DNA of 63,351 nt. It comes from Chiloscyllium plagiosum. Taxonomy: Eukaryota. The stretch is from NCBI RefSeq assembly GCF_004010195.1, contig NC_057750.1, positions 6,311,514-6,374,864 of the forward strand, given 5' to 3'. Below are positions 60,519-63,351 of this stretch, in pieces. The notes under the pieces were generated by a model. The model was not told where the DNA came from. It made no database searches and saw only the letters and a list, made by a program, of their open reading frames with translations. Positions within the stretch are counted from its first letter, which is position 1. Every line of letters begins with the position of its first letter. The position numbers and the translations under genes are program-made.

Positions 60519-61261
60519 CACATAGAAGAAACCATCACAGCTGACCCCTGGAGTTTGGAAGAGGTGGAGGGGACTGAATCGAAACATTGAAGATCCTGAG
60601 GGGGGAACCTGACCGGGTGGGTGTAGAAAGGATGGTTTCTCTTGTGGGACAATCTACAACAAGGGCCCGCTGTTTAAAAATAAGGGGCGCCCATTTAAAA
60701 CAGACATGAGGGAACGTTTTATTTCTAAGGGTTGAGTCTTTGGAATTCCCTTCCTCAAGGGGCAGCGTCAGGGGAACCCAAAACCCAATCAGAAATGTAA
60801 AGGTATTACTTTTGATTTTTAGGGAGTGATGGGAGCTGCAGGTGAAAACATAAACGTGCAGAATCTTTAAATGTGTTTAAGGCAGAGGGAGATCGATTCC
60901 CGATGACCGAGGGGGTGAAGGAGTATCAGGAGGGGGTGTGCAGCAATGTAAAGCTGAGGTTCAAATCAGATCAGCTGCCATCTTAATGAATGGGGTAGCA
61001 GACTAGAAGGGCCGAGTGCTCCTTGTTGGTGCCAGATTCTGATTGTACAATCGCACAATCGTTGGCATGGGGCGGTGAGATCCCTTGAAAACTCTCCTTG
61101 AACTCTAACCGTATCCTCTGCTTTCCAGTATTTTCTCACTGCTACCATCCTGTGAACCGATTAATCCTGTGGATTTACCTCTAGTCTTTGCCAGGTCCTG
61201 CATCCCGCTCTTTCAGCCTGACACTGAGTTGGTCTCCCCTCCCTCTCATCCACCTCAAGAT

Positions 61262-61550
61262 GGGCGGCACAGTGGCTAACACTGTTGGCTCACAGCACCA
61301 GGAAACCGGGTTCGATTCCTGCCTTGGGTGACTGCCTGCGTGAGTTTCCTCCGGGTGCTCCGGTTTCCTCCCACAGTCCAAAGGTGTGCAGGTTAGGATG
61401 GATTGGCCATGGGAAATTACCCCATAGTGTTAGGTGCATTAGTCAGGGATAAATATATGGTAAGGGAATGGCTCTGGGTGGGTTACTCTTCGGAGGGTCG
61501 GTGTGGACTCGTTGAGCTGAAGGGCCTGTTTCCACACTGTACAGAATCTA
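61262..61550 (+). mobile_element. HE1-type SINE
   Basis: GGGCGGCACAGTGGCTAACAC...GGGCCTGTTTCCACACTGTA. Confidence 0.8.
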
Positions 61551-61771
61551 TGGACAGGTGGAGAGAATCCGAGATTTGGAAACATATCTTTCTGGGGGTT
61601 TTGCCTGCACTCAATGACTTCAGTGACCTGCAACTCTCCAGCGATATGGCACATTTAAGGGTTAGCTCTCCATTCTACAGCCGATCCGGGCAGAATGTGT
61701 TTTGTGTCTCTTATTCTGGAATTGCAGTGCTCTAGTCCATTGGGTTAGGATGATAGAATGCCGACAGGAGG

Positions 61772-62050
61772 AAACAAGTCCACACCCACCCTCCGAAGAG
61801 CATCCCACCCAAACCCATTACACAACATTTCCCTCTGACTAATGCACCTAACCTACACATCCCGAAACGATTTCCCACGGCCAATCCACCCTGACCTGCA
61901 CATCTTAGGACCGTGGGAGGAAACTGGAGCACCCGAAGGAAACCCACGCAGACACGGGGAGAATGTGCAAACTCCACGCAGTCACCCGAGGCTGGAATTG
62001 AACCTGGGTCCCTAGCGCTATGAAGCAGTAGCACTAACCACTGAGCCATC
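61772..62050 (-). mobile_element. HE1-type SINE
   Basis: Head and core motifs. Confidence 0.82.
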
Positions 62051-62175
62051 TTGCAGCCCCATAGAGTCTATAGGCGACCCTACAGCTGTATACAAAGGAG
62101 CTACTTGAAGATACCTCAAGTACGTCAGTCACATGCTGACAGTGAAATGACACCCTCCAGATAGAATTGAGAACT

Positions 62176-62470
62176 GGGGCAGCACAGTGGCTCAGTGGTT
62201 AGCACTGCTGCCTCACAGCGGCAGAGACCCGGGTTCAATTCCTGCCTCGGGCGACTGACTGTGTGGAGTTTGCATGTTCTCCCCGTGTCTGCGTGGGTTT
62301 CCTCCGGGTGCTCCGGTTCCCTCCCACAGTCCAAAGATGCCCAGGTTAGGGTGGATTGGCGATGCTAGATTGTCCAGAGATGTGTGGGTTAGCCATGGGG
62401 AAATGCGGGGTTACAGGGATGGGGTGGGATGCTCCATGGAGGGTTAGTGCAGACTCAATGGGCCGAACAG
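62176..62470 (+). mobile_element. HE1-type SINE
   Basis: GGGGCAGCACAGTGGCTCAGTGGTTAGCACTGCTGCCTCACAGCG. Confidence 0.85.
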
Positions 62471-62574
62471 CACAGGAATGACCGGTTGGATTTGTAAACT
62501 CGCCAGCACAGTGATTGTCTGATTCACCACAGGCCGATTCAAACTGGACACAAGCTCACTGCATACTGCACCGA

Positions 62575-63040
62575 CACAGACCCTTCGGCCCGACCAGTCC
62601 ATACCGGCCATAATCACAAACTAGACTAGCCCCACCTGCCTGTGCTTGGCCCATATCCCTCCAAACAATTCTTATTCATGAAACTATCCAAAAACATTGT
62701 AACCGTCCCCGCATCCACCACTTCCTCCGGAAGGTCATTACACACACGAACCACTCTCCGAGTTAAAACAAAATTGCCTCCTTTAAAAATCTTTCTCCAC
62801 TTAAAAACATGCCACCCAGTTTTAGACTCCAAGGGGGAAAATACCTTGTCTATTTACCCTCTCCATGCCCTTCATTATTTTATAAACCTCTATAAGGTCA
62901 CCACTCAGCCTCCGATGTTCCAGGGAAAAAACAAAATTCCCAGACATTTTTTTTAATATCGCAAACCCTCCGTTCATTGTGGTAAATCTTTTCGGAATTC
63001 TCTCCAGTTTAATAATATCCTCCCCACTGGAATACTGAAC
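62575..63040 (-). mobile_element. CR1/HER1 3' fragment
   Basis: DIIKLERIPKRFT...FSLEHRRLSGDLIEVYKIMKG. Confidence 0.85.
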
Positions 63041-63109
63041 AAGAAGCCAGTTCTGTCTCACTGAAAACTGGTCGCGATTGGAATGGGGTCAGGTAGCTGG
63101 ACTTCACAG

Positions 63110-63296
63110 AGTCTGAGTTCCCTGATTGGGGCTGTGAACCTGGTCCCATCAGGGAGCCCTGGCTGACAGATAGAAACAGGAGGGTCAGAGACCCTCTGCT
63201 GCCTGACTCTGTGTGAGGCAGCACTAAAGACAAGGACTGATCGTGTGTAAATAAAGGGGTTTTGGTGACTGGACATCAGCCTTTGTGCAGTTACTC
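63110..63296 (+). mobile_element. LTR-like fragment
   Basis: Related to the 50283-50354 segment; AATAAA near 63249. Confidence 0.55.
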
Positions 63297-63351
63297 TCCC
63301 CCCCCCCCCCCCCAAAGGCAACACTAAAGCCATTCAATGATAAAAGGGCAA

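Overview
Vertebrate genomic DNA from a cartilaginous fish (inferred: HE1/V-SINE, HER1/CR1-type repeats, and a protein very close to my recollection of Torpedo creatine kinase), from a gapped draft assembly with four N-gaps. The only recognisable host gene is a complete muscle-type creatine kinase (ckm) on the + strand. It has 7 coding exons of 193/155/133/172/124/190/179 nt (1146 nt, 381 aa, all introns GT-AG), a poly(A) signal at 43862, and a probable non-coding exon 1 with CArG and TATA boxes near 22.14-22.28 kb. Most of the rest is transposon debris: tRNA-derived SINEs, CR1 and Rex/Babar LINE pieces, a decayed Ty3/Gypsy element with nested insertions, LTRs, Tigger-like MITEs and satellites. 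The most striking non-obvious structure is about 20 minimal type-I hammerhead ribozyme motifs (about 10 with intact cores) carried by Penelope-like (GIY-YIG) elements, many arranged as fold-back palindromes. Other leads are candidate muscle enhancers, a YY1-motif array in the last intron and a possible convergent 3' UTR near 52.1 kb. No clearly new biological system can be demonstrated from sequence alone. Repeat boundaries are approximate.
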